From positions 1,819,636 to 1,883,635 of the forward strand of contig CP064971.1 of the NCBI GenBank assembly GCA_016699325.1: DNA of 64,000 bases, given 5' to 3'. The notes beneath the pieces are model-generated. The model saw nothing but the letters and a program-made list of their open reading frames with translations, was not told where the DNA came from and did not search any database. This DNA comes from Methanolinea sp. Its GTDB lineage: Archaea; Halobacteriota; Methanomicrobia; Methanomicrobiales; Methanospirillaceae. This document shows, piece by piece, positions 30,436 through 41,811 of the stretch (position 1 is its first letter; every line of letters begins with the position of its first letter). The translations under genes were made by a program, and so were the position numbers.

Positions 30436-33132
30436 ATGGGATCCTTATTTTTCCAATACTGGGCCAAGGCCAGGGTTGATCCTCCTCAATACCATCTGCT
30501 CCCGTATCATTCCCTTGACGTGGCGGCTGTTGGTTCAGAATACCTCCGGAACGATGGTATTGCGAGATCCAGGATTGCACGGGAACTTGATATCCCCCCA
30601 TCTGATATTCCCGGACTCATTGCATTCTTTCTCGCACTGCATGATTTAGGCAAGTTCGCCGAGTCATTTCAGACCAGGGTACCGGTGGTCTTTTCACTTC
30701 TCCGTGGAAAGGAAACAGGACTATCGGTCCCTGTTCGCCATGATCTCCTTGGCAGGTTTCTTTGGGATTCCGGTGTTGGAGACCATTTTTATAAAAATGA
30801 GATATTACCGTCATCCGGGACCGCCAACCCGGTCTCTGTAAGCCTGGCCCTCAACACCTTGCTGAATGCAGTTTTCGGGCATCATGGTGTCCCCCCTTAT
30901 AGAGAGCTCTTGGTTGCATCTGATGTCTATACCTCGCAGGATGCAGAAGCAGCAAAGGCTTTTGTGACGGAATGCAGTCACATTTTTTTGTCAAATAAGG
31001 ACCACATCCTCTCACTCTCGAAAAAAGAGAGAACAGGTTCTTTACGAGCGTTCTCCTGGCTCCTTGCCGGCCTTGCGGTATTTGCCGATTGGATAGGGTC
31101 GAACGCTCTCATGTTTCCCTACTGTGCCAGCGAGATGCCTCTCCGGGAATACTGGGAAAAGGTTGCCTCTCCAAGGGCTCGATCGGCACTCTCCCATGTG
31201 CGTGTGCTTCCTTTCCCCATATCTTCGAAGCAAGGGATCGATCACCTCTTTCCAGATTTCCGGTCAGGATTGTTCACCCCAAGCGATCTCCAGTGCTATG
31301 CGTCTTCGTGCCAGGCTGGTCCAGGGCCGCACCTTTACATCATCGAGGAGTCTACCGGGAGCGGCAAGACAGAAGCAGCTCTTACTCTTGCCCACCGATT
31401 GATGGCTGAGGGACACGGTCATGGGATTTATTTTGCGTTGCCCACCATGGCAACCTCCAACGCACTCTATGACCGTGTCCAAAAGATCAAAGATAACTTC
31501 TATGCGCCCGGATCGAACCCTCCCATCGTTCTGGCTCACAGCGCCCGCCACCTCGCGGGGTTTTACCTTGAAAGGCCGCCTGTGAATTATCCTGACCGGT
31601 CGAGGGATTCATCTGCCGAAGACCTTTCGCTTTGGCTTACCGACAACCGGAAAAAAGCACTTCTCGCCGCATTGGGTGTCGGGACCATCGACCAGGCCCT
31701 GGTCTCCGTGCTCCCCCGCAGGCACCAGTCGCTCAGGCTTTTCGGGTTATGGCGGAACGTCCTGATTGTTGACGAGGTGCATGCTTACGATCCATATGTA
31801 AACCGACTCCTCAAGTCCCTCATCTGCGATCACGCACGGATTGGAGGCAGTATAATCCTCCTCTCTGCTACCCTCCCTCAGTCCACCAGGGATCAGCTGA
31901 TCGGGGCATTCTGCGAAGGGGCAGGAATCTCGCCAACTGAGGGTAGCCCGAGTCCTTACCCGGTGGTTTTACATGTCTCTCCTTCTGCCAGGGAAGAGCG
32001 GGCTCTAACTCCAAGGCCGGGGACGTCAAGAGAGGTGCAATTGAGATTTTTCGAGAATGAGATGGATGTGGTCGAAGCTCTCCGGGAAACGCTTCAGCGG
32101 GGTGGGTGTGCGTGCTGGATAAGAAACACCGTCTATGACGCCGTCGCTGCATCCCGCTTATTCGGCTGTCTCTCACCTCCTATCCATCCCATGCTGTTCC
32201 ACGCCCGCTTTGTCCTTGGTGACCGGCTCGAACGGGAGAACGATGTTATCAGGCACTTCGGGAAAACGAGCACGCGGGAGGACCGGGCAGGTAGACTGCT
32301 TATTGCCACCCAGGTCGTGGAGCAGTCGCTGGACCTGGACTTCGATTTCATGGTCACAGACCTTGCTCCCATTGATCTCATAATCCAGAGGGCCGGGCGA
32401 CTTCACAGGCACCCCAGGGGGGACAGGGGAGTCCCGGTTCTTGGTATACATGCGCCCGCACATGAGCCAGAGGCAAAGAAAGACTGGTACTCGAAGAAGT
32501 TCCCCAGGGGTTCGTTCGTGTATCCAAGCCATGGAGAGTTATGGCTGACGCAAAAGATCCTCCAAGAGAGAGGGGTGATCAGGACTCCGGATGATGCGAG
32601 GGTGCTCATCGAGGGGGTATACGGGAATGGTGCAAAAACGGCTGTTCCTCCCGAGCTTCTGAAACGGGACCTTCTTGCAGACCAGGAACGGCGTCGGGCT
32701 GAAGGCATTGCTATGCTGAACGTCATCAAATTCGGTCAAGGTTACAAGGACTCGGGGCACAGATGGCCTGATGACGAAGATGTCCCGACAAGGCTGGGAG
32801 AACCTTCGGTGACGCTGCGGGTTGGGGTTATTGATACTGCCAGTAATGTGGCCAGGCCAATTTATTATGCCGGGCAGCATTCATGGGACATGAGCCAGGT
32901 CACTGTGCAGAGGTCAAGACTGGGCAGCGGGATACCTGACTATCAGAGCGATCTCCTCCATCTCGCCAAATCTGCATGTGACTCGATGGCAGACAGAGGA
33001 AGCAATGCGTTACTCGTCCTTCTGCGGCAAGTTACATCGACCTGCTGGGAGAACCATTTCGCCCAGAAAGCAGGCGGCAACCTGTTCGTGAGGTATTCAA
33101 AAGAGAGGGGTTTGGAGATTGAGATAGGTTAA
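30436..33132 (+). CDS. cas3: CRISPR-associated helicase/nuclease Cas3 (HD + DEAH helicase), type I-E
   Basis: HD motifs (LHDLGKF, GHHG), Walker A ESTGSGKTEAAL and DEVH. The likely start is MGSLFFQYWAK at 30436; the ORF track begins at 30355. Confidence 0.9.
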   Translation: MGSLFFQYWAKARVDPPQYHLLPYHSLDVAAVGSEYLRNDGIARSRIARELDIPPSDIPGLIAFFLALHDLGKFAESFQTRVPVVFSLLRGKETGLSVPVRHDLLGRFLWDSGVGDHFYKNEILPSSGTANPVSVSLALNTLLNAVFGHHGVPPYRELLVASDVYTSQDAEAAKAFVTECSHIFLSNKDHILSLSKKERTGSLRAFSWLLAGLAVFADWIGSNALMFPYCASEMPLREYWEKVASPRARSALSHVRVLPFPISSKQGIDHLFPDFRSGLFTPSDLQCYASSCQAGPGPHLYIIEESTGSGKTEAALTLAHRLMAEGHGHGIYFALPTMATSNALYDRVQKIKDNFYAPGSNPPIVLAHSARHLAGFYLERPPVNYPDRSRDSSAEDLSLWLTDNRKKALLAALGVGTIDQALVSVLPRRHQSLRLFGLWRNVLIVDEVHAYDPYVNRLLKSLICDHARIGGSIILLSATLPQSTRDQLIGAFCEGAGISPTEGSPSPYPVVLHVSPSAREERALTPRPGTSREVQLRFFENEMDVVEALRETLQRGGCACWIRNTVYDAVAASRLFGCLSPPIHPMLFHARFVLGDRLERENDVIRHFGKTSTREDRAGRLLIATQVVEQSLDLDFDFMVTDLAPIDLIIQRAGRLHRHPRGDRGVPVLGIHAPAHEPEAKKDWYSKKFPRGSFVYPSHGELWLTQKILQERGVIRTPDDARVLIEGVYGNGAKTAVPPELLKRDLLADQERRRAEGIAMLNVIKFGQGYKDSGHRWPDDEDVPTRLGEPSVTLRVGVIDTASNVARPIYYAGQHSWDMSQVTVQRSRLGSGIPDYQSDLLHLAKSACDSMADRGSNALLVLLRQVTSTCWENHFAQKAGGNLFVRYSKERGLEIEIG

Positions 33133-33222
33133 CCGGGATTTGTCGAAGAGTTAATATTAATTATGAGCTATTTTGATACACCGACGAGGAGGTGAAGTGT
33201 CATACCAGACCATCTGCTCAAT

Positions 33223-34833
33223 TTGATTGAAGATCCATGGATTCCCTGTGTTAAGGATGGGGGAAAGCGGGAGACGCTCACACCATGGCAAATCTTTGGG
33301 AACGGGGGTGAGAATGAAGTACTCTCGCTTGCAACACCAAGGCCCGATTTCCAGGGAGCAGTCATTCAGTTTCTGATAGGGCTTGTACAGACCACGATGG
33401 CTCCACCTGGCGAGGATGAATGGGTCGATGGTCTTCAGTCCCTTCCTGGTGCAAGGGAGGTAAAACAACGGTTCGATGCTGTTTCTCATGCATTTAATCT
33501 TGGGGGGGACGGTCCCCGGTTCATGCAGGACACCAGTTGTGCTGATGTGGGGGAAAGGCCAATCGAGTCTTTAATCATTGGAATGCCTGGTGAGAACACT
33601 TATGAAAAAAACAGGGACTTTTTTTGCAAAAGAAACACCATCAAACAACTTTGCCCTTCCTGCGCCGCAATGGGGCTTATATCGCTTCAGTTAAACGGTC
33701 CGCAAGGTGGACAGGGTCATAGGGCAGGTCTTCGTGGGGGTGGACCACTGACCAGTGTAATACTGGGCAAGTCTCTCCCCGAGCTTATATGGCTGAACGT
33801 CCTTCCCGAAGATGAATTCTTCATTGGTCTTTCCGGCGAGCGTAAGAGTGCAATCAATGATATTTTCCCTTGGATGGGTCCTTTACGAACAAGTGAAGGT
33901 GGAGATGAAGGGCTGTTTACTGGAATTTCAGACGCAAGTCAACTCCAGATGTTTTGGGGAACGGGGCGGCGAATCCTCCTTGGCACGGAACATACAACTC
34001 ATGGAACCTGCGACATATGCGGCGAGGCAACTCCGGCGGGCATAACCTCTTTGAGGACGAAAAATTACGGTATTCGATACGATGATAGCTGGCGGCATGT
34101 TCTCACGCCGTATTACCGGTCCGAGGACACATACCTTCCTGTTCACCTCCATGGTGATGGGATTGCTTACCATCATTGGCTGGGACTGGTCCAGAATGAT
34201 GTAGAACAAGGCGTAGAAGTCGCCCATGTTGTGCGACGGTTTAGAAACATCCAGGCGAACCTTTCCGGTATCCTCCCTGACATTCCTCAACTGTGGGCAT
34301 TTGGATATGATTTTAAAAAGGTTGAAGCCCGGTGCTGGTACGAGAGCTATATGCCCCTGATCCGGGTTGAAAATTCCATCCGGGCTGATTACGAAGTGTA
34401 CATCGCCCAGATCGTTCGTGCTGCAAAATATGTAAACAGAATGGTCAATGGTGCAATCAATGATGCCCTTTACAAATCTGAAAACAAGGGGGCATCATCA
34501 GGCAAGAAAGTAAAACGCGAGAAAAGTCCAAAGGTTCTTTCCATTGTCATGACCAGGTTCTGGTCCGAGACAGAGACCCTGTTTTATTCTACCCTCTCGG
34601 AAGTGAAAAAAGCCTTGGAGAACAACGAACCCGTTGATCCGATCAAGCGCAGGTGGGTGATGGGAGTAAGAGGGGTTGGACTGAACCTCTTTGACTTTTA
34701 TTCACAAGCGCAATATGTCGACGAACACCGGCCGAAAGCAATTATCGGCGCACGCAAAAAGCTTTCAATGACGATATCACCAGGATCACCCAAGCTGATG
34801 CAAATTCTCTCCCTCTCCAAGGAGGCAGGATAA
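33223..34833 (+). CDS. cse1: Cascade large subunit Cse1/CasA (Cas8e)
   Basis: N-terminus LIEDPWIPCVKDGG...LTPWQIF is typical of Cse1. It occupies the first position of the Cascade operon. It has an apparent TTG start behind GGAGGTGA. Confidence 0.85.
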   Translation: MIEDPWIPCVKDGGKRETLTPWQIFGNGGENEVLSLATPRPDFQGAVIQFLIGLVQTTMAPPGEDEWVDGLQSLPGAREVKQRFDAVSHAFNLGGDGPRFMQDTSCADVGERPIESLIIGMPGENTYEKNRDFFCKRNTIKQLCPSCAAMGLISLQLNGPQGGQGHRAGLRGGGPLTSVILGKSLPELIWLNVLPEDEFFIGLSGERKSAINDIFPWMGPLRTSEGGDEGLFTGISDASQLQMFWGTGRRILLGTEHTTHGTCDICGEATPAGITSLRTKNYGIRYDDSWRHVLTPYYRSEDTYLPVHLHGDGIAYHHWLGLVQNDVEQGVEVAHVVRRFRNIQANLSGILPDIPQLWAFGYDFKKVEARCWYESYMPLIRVENSIRADYEVYIAQIVRAAKYVNRMVNGAINDALYKSENKGASSGKKVKREKSPKVLSIVMTRFWSETETLFYSTLSEVKKALENNEPVDPIKRRWVMGVRGVGLNLFDFYSQAQYVDEHRPKAIIGARKKLSMTISPGSPKLMQILSLSKEAG

Positions 34834-35336
34834 TGATGATTAAAGAGAAAGTCTGGCTGAACTTCAACGATCCTCACGTATCAGGTTTTCTCCTGCAATG
34901 GTGGGAAGATCTTGACAAGAGACGCGGAGACCGGGCAGAACTCCGGAGGTGTAAGCTCCCGGAAGAGGTGCTGTTCCTCCCCTCTTACTACCGGCTCCGG
35001 CTCCCTATGATCCAGTACGACGGATTCAACGATACTTCGCTTGGCACTGTGGCCGGGGTTGTCTCCCATGCCAAACGCTCCGACAGCTCTGAACGGTTTG
35101 CTGAGCAGCTTGCAAAAAAGCCACCAGGAGGAGATTCTCCTGTCATGAGCGAACTCCGTTTCCGTAAGTTCCTCTCGATACGGGAGCCAAACGCCCTCTT
35201 CCGGGAAGGGATCAGGGCGGTCCGCCTACTGGATGGTGTTGTGAATATCCCAGACCTTGCCCAGGGACTTTACTGGTGGAAGAATTCCAGGACGAGGCAG
35301 GAATGGGCCCGTTTCTATTATGAAAAAACCGTGTGA
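34833..35336 (+). CDS. cse2: Cascade small subunit Cse2/CasB (Cas11e)
   Basis: 167 aa, start overlaps the cse1 stop by 1 nt, at the position and size expected for Cse2. Confidence 0.8.
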   Translation: MMIKEKVWLNFNDPHVSGFLLQWWEDLDKRRGDRAELRRCKLPEEVLFLPSYYRLRLPMIQYDGFNDTSLGTVAGVVSHAKRSDSSERFAEQLAKKPPGGDSPVMSELRFRKFLSIREPNALFREGIRAVRLLDGVVNIPDLAQGLYWWKNSRTRQEWARFYYEKTV

Positions 35337-35343
35337 TGTGACT

Positions 35344-36480
35344 ATGACTGAATTCATTCAACTGCATGTTCTTGCTTCGTATCCTCCATCGAACCTGAAC
35401 CGTGATGACCTCGGGCGGCCGAAGACTGCCATCATGGGCGGAACCCAGCGCCTGCGTATCTCCTCCCAGAGCCTTAAGCGGGCCTGGAGGCAGTCCGATT
35501 TCTTCCAGGAGGCGCTCTCCGGGCATATCGGGACAAGGACAAGAGAGATGGGGAATAAGATTGTTGAAGCGCTGACAACCGGCAAGACGTTGACGGACAT
35601 ACTCTCAAACCTGGAAAGGGCTCCCAGCAGGACACCGGTCCCGGAGAAGGAGGCTGTGGAATGGACAAAGGCCATTGCCGGGCAATTTGGAAAACTGACA
35701 GAAAGGAAAGGTAAAAAGTCGGATAAGGCTGACCAGACGGAAGAAAAAGATAATGACCCGGTTAAGATCGAACAGATCGCCCATTTCAGCCCACAGGAGA
35801 TTGCAGCGATTGACGCGCTTCTTAATAAGTGTATTGCCAGCGGGAAGGCTCCTGAAAAGGAGGATCTCTTGTTATTGCGAAAGGACCACACTGCAGCTGA
35901 CATCGCGATGTTTGGGAGGATGTTTGCGAAGTCTCCTGTCTATAACACCGAGGCCGCCGTGCAGGTGTCCCACGCTATCACGGTCCATGATGTGGTTGTC
36001 GAGGATGATTATTTCACCGCGGTAGACGACCTGAATGTCCTTGAGACCGATGCTGGATCTGCCCACATCGGGCAGTTCGAGTTTGCCGCAGGGCTCTATT
36101 ACTTCTATATCTGCATCAACCGTGACCTGCTGATCGAGAACCTGATGGGAGATGCGAGCCTTGCATCGCGGGCGATTGGCGCGATCACAGAGGCATGTGC
36201 CAAAGTTGCGCCGGCAGGCAAACAGGCCAGTTTTGCGTCCCGGGCCTATGCGTCGTACATGCTTGCCGAGAGGGGCTCCCAACAACCCCGCTCGCTGGCT
36301 GTTGCATATATCAAACCGGTGAAGGGTGGCGATATTCTCACTGCAGCGATCCGCGGGATTGAAGAGACCCGGAAGAACATTGACAAGGTCTACGGGCCCT
36401 GTTGCAAGGATGCACGCTCGTTCAACACCACGACGGGCGAGGGGTCACTGGCTGAAATCGTTCGCTTTGTGTCGTCGTGA
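35344..36480 (+). CDS. cas7: Cascade backbone subunit Cas7e (CasC/Cse4)
   Basis: MTEFIQLHVLASYPPSNLNRDDLGRPKTAIMGGTQRLRISSQSLKRAWR is the canonical Cas7e N-terminus. The ORF track starts at 35257. Confidence 0.9.
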   Translation: MTEFIQLHVLASYPPSNLNRDDLGRPKTAIMGGTQRLRISSQSLKRAWRQSDFFQEALSGHIGTRTREMGNKIVEALTTGKTLTDILSNLERAPSRTPVPEKEAVEWTKAIAGQFGKLTERKGKKSDKADQTEEKDNDPVKIEQIAHFSPQEIAAIDALLNKCIASGKAPEKEDLLLLRKDHTAADIAMFGRMFAKSPVYNTEAAVQVSHAITVHDVVVEDDYFTAVDDLNVLETDAGSAHIGQFEFAAGLYYFYICINRDLLIENLMGDASLASRAIGAITEACAKVAPAGKQASFASRAYASYMLAERGSQQPRSLAVAYIKPVKGGDILTAAIRGIEETRKNIDKVYGPCCKDARSFNTTTGEGSLAEIVRFVSS

Positions 36481-37229
36481 CTATGACCCGTTATTGCGTA
36501 TTCACGTTGTATGGTCCCATGGCCTCATGGGGGGAGATCGCAGTCGGAGAAGATCGGCGTTCATCAGACCACCCTTCCAAGTCTGCACTGGTTGGCATGA
36601 TTGGTGCCGGGCTGGGGATCAATCGTGACCAGGAGGATATTCATTCCCGCCTTGCACGAACAATAGGGATGGCCAGCCTGGTCCTTTCGGCAGGAAACCC
36701 TGTTGAGGATTTCCATACGATACAGACTCCTCCCCAGGCTGAACTGAAAAAGGGCGCTCATTTCCATACCCGGAAGGACGAACTCTCGATTGGCGCAGAC
36801 GCACTCGAAACCATCATTTCCAGGAGAGAATACCGGTGTGATACCTTTCTTGGGATATGTCTCTGGATGCGTGATGCGGATGGTCCTTTCCGGCTTGAGG
36901 AGATAGCCAATTCGTTGAATGCACCGGCGTTTTTCCTTTACCTTGGGCGGAAATCCTGTCCTCCTGCTCTTCCAGTTTCTGCGCTCGTAGTAGAAGCTGC
37001 TTCCGTCCTTGATGCTTTCAGGGAGGCTGCGAAGAAGAATGTGTGGTTTGCCAAAAGGTTATCGTCCCTGTCAGAAGCCCCCATGTACTGGGACCCGGAT
37101 GGTGTGCCGGGCATCGAGACACTGCACGTGTACCAGCGGAGAGACGAGGTTCTCAGCAGGAAAAGGTGGACGTTCTCGAACCGGTCCGAGCATTATGGTA
37201 TAGCGACGATACCTGGTGCGGGGGGGTGA
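36477..37229 (+). CDS. cas5: Cas5e (CasD)
   Basis: TRYCVFTLYGPMASWGEIAVGEDRRSSDHPSKSALVGMIGAGLGI is the typical Cas5e N-terminus. The start overlaps the cas7 stop. Confidence 0.9.
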   Translation: MTMTRYCVFTLYGPMASWGEIAVGEDRRSSDHPSKSALVGMIGAGLGINRDQEDIHSRLARTIGMASLVLSAGNPVEDFHTIQTPPQAELKKGAHFHTRKDELSIGADALETIISRREYRCDTFLGICLWMRDADGPFRLEEIANSLNAPAFFLYLGRKSCPPALPVSALVVEAASVLDAFREAAKKNVWFAKRLSSLSEAPMYWDPDGVPGIETLHVYQRRDEVLSRKRWTFSNRSEHYGIATIPGAGG

Positions 37230-37232
37230 GCG

Positions 37233-37922
37233 ATGTTCTTCAGCAGGATCCGTATCAGACCGGATGCCACGTATTCTCCGGAGTTCTGGAAGGTTGCCAC
37301 GGGGCCGTACCAGATCCACTCGATGGTGTGGGACTTGTTTGCCGATCCTGAACACCAGGACAGGGACTTTCTATACCGGGTCGATATCGTCAACGGGAGA
37401 CCGGTCGTATACTCGGTCTCGCAACGGAGGCCGGTATACATGGGGAACCTATGGTCGGTGGAGACAAAGGAGTATCACCCTGTCCTCTTTGCCGGGCAGC
37501 GACTTTCGTTTGCTCTGCGGGCAAACCCGGTCAGGACGCGATGGACAGCCCCTGACGGGGAGGGCAGGCGCACCCAGAAGCGCCACGATGTAGTAATGGA
37601 TGTAAAGAGGGCGATGCGCCTGGATAACGGGGCCGTTGGAGCCAGCATGGCGGAACTGGTCCAGAACGAGGGGTTCCGCTGGCTCCAGGAGAGGGGGGCA
37701 AAGAATGGATACAGCGTGGAGAGCCACCAGGTTCTTGCGGGGGCTTACCGGCAGCACTCGTTTCACCAGGGATCAAAAAACCGCCTTGTCTCACTGAGCA
37801 CAATAGATTTCAACGGACTGCTCAATGTGACTGATCCTGACCGGTTCAGAACTGCGCTCATGCATGGTATCGGGCCTGCAAAGGGATTTGGGTGCGGTAT
37901 GATGATGGTGAAGCCGGCATGA
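37233..37922 (+). CDS. cas6e: Cas6e (CasE) pre-crRNA endoribonuclease
   Basis: MFFSRIRIRPD...HSMVWDLFAD...RDFLYRV is the CasE pattern, at the expected position in the operon. Confidence 0.85.
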   Translation: MFFSRIRIRPDATYSPEFWKVATGPYQIHSMVWDLFADPEHQDRDFLYRVDIVNGRPVVYSVSQRRPVYMGNLWSVETKEYHPVLFAGQRLSFALRANPVRTRWTAPDGEGRRTQKRHDVVMDVKRAMRLDNGAVGASMAELVQNEGFRWLQERGAKNGYSVESHQVLAGAYRQHSFHQGSKNRLVSLSTIDFNGLLNVTDPDRFRTALMHGIGPAKGFGCGMMMVKPA

Positions 37923-37929
37923 TGCGGCA

Positions 37930-39131
<1,202 letters not shown>

Positions 39132-39166
39132 AATAGACCTTTTCTTTGTAGTACTTAAGTTGAAGA
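39132..39166 (+). promoter_or_regulatory. Very short AT-rich CRISPR leader between cas2 and the first repeat
   Basis: AAATAGACCTTTTCTTTGTAGTACTTAAGTTGAAGA lies directly upstream of repeat 1. Repeat orientation places transcription on the + strand. Confidence 0.5.
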
Positions 39167-40278
39167 GAGTTCCCCACGCCCGTGGGGATGAACCACTGAC
39201 AAAGTTTGTTTCTGGTTCATGGTCAGCGAGTTCCCCACGCCCGTGGGGATGAACCAGCACCAGGAGAACGTGACCGGATCGTATGATGGAGTTCCCCACG
39301 CCCGTGGGGATGAACCGTTCTGGGTCGTGGGAAGTGCTGCGACAGGTTGGAGTTCCCCACGCCCGTGGGGATGAACCGCCATAGCAGAACACAGTGGATG
39401 GAGCTGGTAAGAGTTCCCCACGCCCGTGGGGATGAACCCATTCTAGGATAAGTTGCACCCATCAAAACCACGAGTTCCCCACGCCCGTGGGGATGAACCG
39501 TAGTCAAGGTTCACCAGCTTCTCTTTCCTCCCGAGTTCCCCACGCCCGTGGGGATGAACCAATGGAACAGATGAACGATCTACTCGGGCTTCCGAGTTCC
39601 CCACGCCCGTGGGGATGAACCACCGGGGCGGAAGTCCTGGACAAAGCACTTGAAGAGTTCCCCACGCCCGTGGGGATGAACCGGGAGCTACCGGGGCATA
39701 CGAAGCATATACCGAGAGTTCCCCACGCCCGTGGGGATGAACCAATTCCGCCGGAGTTCGTATGAGTGCAAAGAAGGAGTTCCCCACGCCCGTGGGGATG
39801 AACCATTCTTGCCCGGAACCGCAACCATTGAGAGCATGAGTTCCCCACGCCCGTGGGGATGAACCGAGCGGGTGAAAAAGATGGGTTTGGGTGCAACAGA
39901 GTTCCCCACGCCCGTGGGGATGAACCTCCTGGATATGTTGATGACTGGAGGATGCTGAAGAGTTCCCCACGCCCGTGGGGATGAACCTTCTACGATTCTT
40001 TCTGGACGTTGTTTCACTTCGAGTTCCCCACGCCCGTGGGGATGAACCAGGATTGTGGATTACTGTGCAGAGAATGATATGGAGTTCCCCACGCCCGTGG
40101 GGATGAACCACACAGCAGATGCACCCTTATAAGATAACGATACGAGTTCCCCACGCCCGTGGGGATGAACCGTCCTTGCAACGACCTTAAGCATCGAGCG
40201 CGGTGAGTTCCCCACGCCCGTGGGGATGAACCATCAAATGCGTCGAATTGATCATCATGTTCTCCGAGTTCCCCACGC
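39167..40278 (+). CRISPR. Type I-E CRISPR array: 18 full repeats, 18 spacers, plus a 19th repeat truncated after 13 nt
   Basis: The repeat GAGTTCCCCACGCCCGTGGGGATGAACC (28 nt plus a variable 29th base; stem CCCCACG/CGTGGGG) starts at 39167 and recurs every 61 bp, with one 62-bp step (40082 to 40144). The last copy at 40266 reads GAGTTCCCCACGC and then unrelated sequence. Confidence 0.97.
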
Positions 40279-40347
40279 AAAAAAACAAGCCTGCCGGGGC
40301 CGAAGAGAGAGAAAAAATGAGCGGAGGGGGGGAAATCTCCCGGCTCC

Positions 40348-40728
40348 TTACCCGGGCCCCCCGGCTCCCGACCCTTTCATCAAGCCGTATTCGATCTCGT
40401 AGTACCCGCCTCCCTGGTCGCTGAACGCCAGGAAGTAGTGGAGGAGCTGCTGCCCCTCGGCCTCCTCAATCTGCCGGAGGAGTGCCGCCTGGTTTGCCGC
40501 ATCGTGGCCGGAAAGGACCCACTTCCTGGTATCGTCCTGCATCTTCCAGGAGCGGGCCGGGACCGGTGCCGGCGGCGTTGTGACCGAATCGTCCTCCGGG
40601 TCATAGAAAGCGATCACCCGGCGGGTCTCCTTCTCTGCATTGACCTTCTGGCGCCGCTGCCAGAAAGCGATGGCAGCCACTGCGACAGCAACCACCATCT
40701 CGATGAGCTGGATCAAATCTTCTTCCAT
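40348..40728 (-). CDS. Hypothetical protein with N-terminal TM helix (element gene)
   Basis: MEEDLIQLIEMVVAVAVAAIAFWQRRQK followed by a soluble domain. The ORF track begins at 40761. Confidence 0.5.
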   Translation of the reverse strand: MEEDLIQLIEMVVAVAVAAIAFWQRRQKVNAEKETRRVIAFYDPEDDSVTTPPAPVPARSWKMQDDTRKWVLSGHDAANQAALLRQIEEAEGQQLLHYFLAFSDQGGGYYEIEYGLMKGSGAGGPG

Positions 40729-40785
40729 GGCCAAAGCACCCCGTGACAGAGGAGGTCGCATGGAGGATGGTGGTGGAGCGGTTTT

Positions 40786-40908
40786 TCACCGCTTCCACCT
40801 GCCCTGGTCCGTCCGGTCGTGCATCCCGACGATGATCCTGATCATGACGAAGAGCATGGTCAGGCTCCCGAGGCAGATGCCGAGGACGAACATGAATCCT
40901 TCATCCAT
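40786..40908 (-). CDS. Possible 40-aa single-TM protein
   Basis: Hand translation: MDEGFMFVLGICLGSLTMLFVMIRIIVGMHDRTDQGRWKR. It is below the ORF-track cutoff. Confidence 0.3.
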   Translation of the reverse strand: MDEGFMFVLGICLGSLTMLFVMIRIIVGMHDRTDQGRWKR

Positions 40909-40937
40909 GACCCCTCCCCCGTCCATCCGATCCTGGT

Positions 40938-41441
40938 TCAGGCGAGCTCGGGCTTCGTGTCAGCCCAGGTCTCGATGGTCGCAAGGATGGCGTCATCGCT
41001 GTACGACGTGACGCGGACCTGCTCACGGCCGAAGGCCACGTAGTAGATCTCACCGTTGGCGTCATGGCACTTGAGCGTCGCCGAGAAGGAATCTTCATCG
41101 GAGACGTGGATGGCGTCGCCGCCGATGGCCGTGGCAAGCGCGGTATCCGCGGCAATTGCCGTTACCGCGGCATTGAAGGCTGCCACGGTGGGTGCACGGG
41201 CAGTGACCGACCCGACGACCTTGGCTTCGGCGTTCTCGTACTCGATCCGGGCGGTGTACCCTTCACGGCTCTTTGCTACCGGTGCCTGCGGGACACCGGC
41301 GACATCGTATGCGGTGCAACCCCATGGATTGCCGGAGATGACCCCGGAGACGAGGTTGTTGAACGCTGCGATGTCTGCAATCGGCGAGGCAAGCTCGCGG
41401 ACTGCGGTTTTGGTGATACTCTGTTGGACAAAGTCTCCCAT
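40938..41441 (-). CDS. Ala-rich 167-aa protein of the element (candidate structural protein); truncated paralog at 5630
   Basis: Clean ORF behind the RBS-like AAGGGCAGGAGAAAAGCC and a TATA-like box. I recognise no family. Confidence 0.7.
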   Translation of the reverse strand: MGDFVQQSITKTAVRELASPIADIAAFNNLVSGVISGNPWGCTAYDVAGVPQAPVAKSREGYTARIEYENAEAKVVGSVTARAPTVAAFNAAVTAIAADTALATAIGGDAIHVSDEDSFSATLKCHDANGEIYYVAFGREQVRVTSYSDDAILATIETWADTKPELA

Positions 41442-41491
41442 GGCTTTTCTCCTGCCCTTTTCAGGGCAACAACCAGGTAAAACATGAAAGG

Positions 41492-41502
41492 ATATATATT
41501 TT
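41492..41502 (-). promoter_or_regulatory. TATA-box-like element upstream of the 167-aa gene
   Basis: AAAATATATAT (minus-strand sense) lies ~50-60 nt upstream of the ATG at 41441, in an otherwise GC-rich spacer. Confidence 0.35.
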
Positions 41503-41811
41503 GACCCGGGGTGTCGATCGGGGGCCGTATCGCGGCCTGTTCCGGAAAAGAAGCGATTCGGTGAGCACCAGGAATCACACCCGTCGACAGAATCCGGGCC
41601 TGGTGGAAGAGACCCCGGGGAACGGTACCGGTAAAATGACGGATCGTGGGGAACGGACCATGCGGTACTTACGACCTGGCCTGGGGGGAGCGTCCTCCCC
41701 GTGCCCGAAGGCCCCTGGACGCCGGGAAGCGTAACCGGGATCCCCGGTCACACCGGGCTGTTCCTCATCGCGGGACAGCCTGTTCCTTGTCGATCAGCAG
41801 TCGCCCCGGTC

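Noticed and set aside
39195-40265. Possible self-targeting spacers against the adjacent element or the IS copies
   Set aside because: Scanning by eye for several spacer cores found no match in the window. This is not an exhaustive search, so I make no claim either way.
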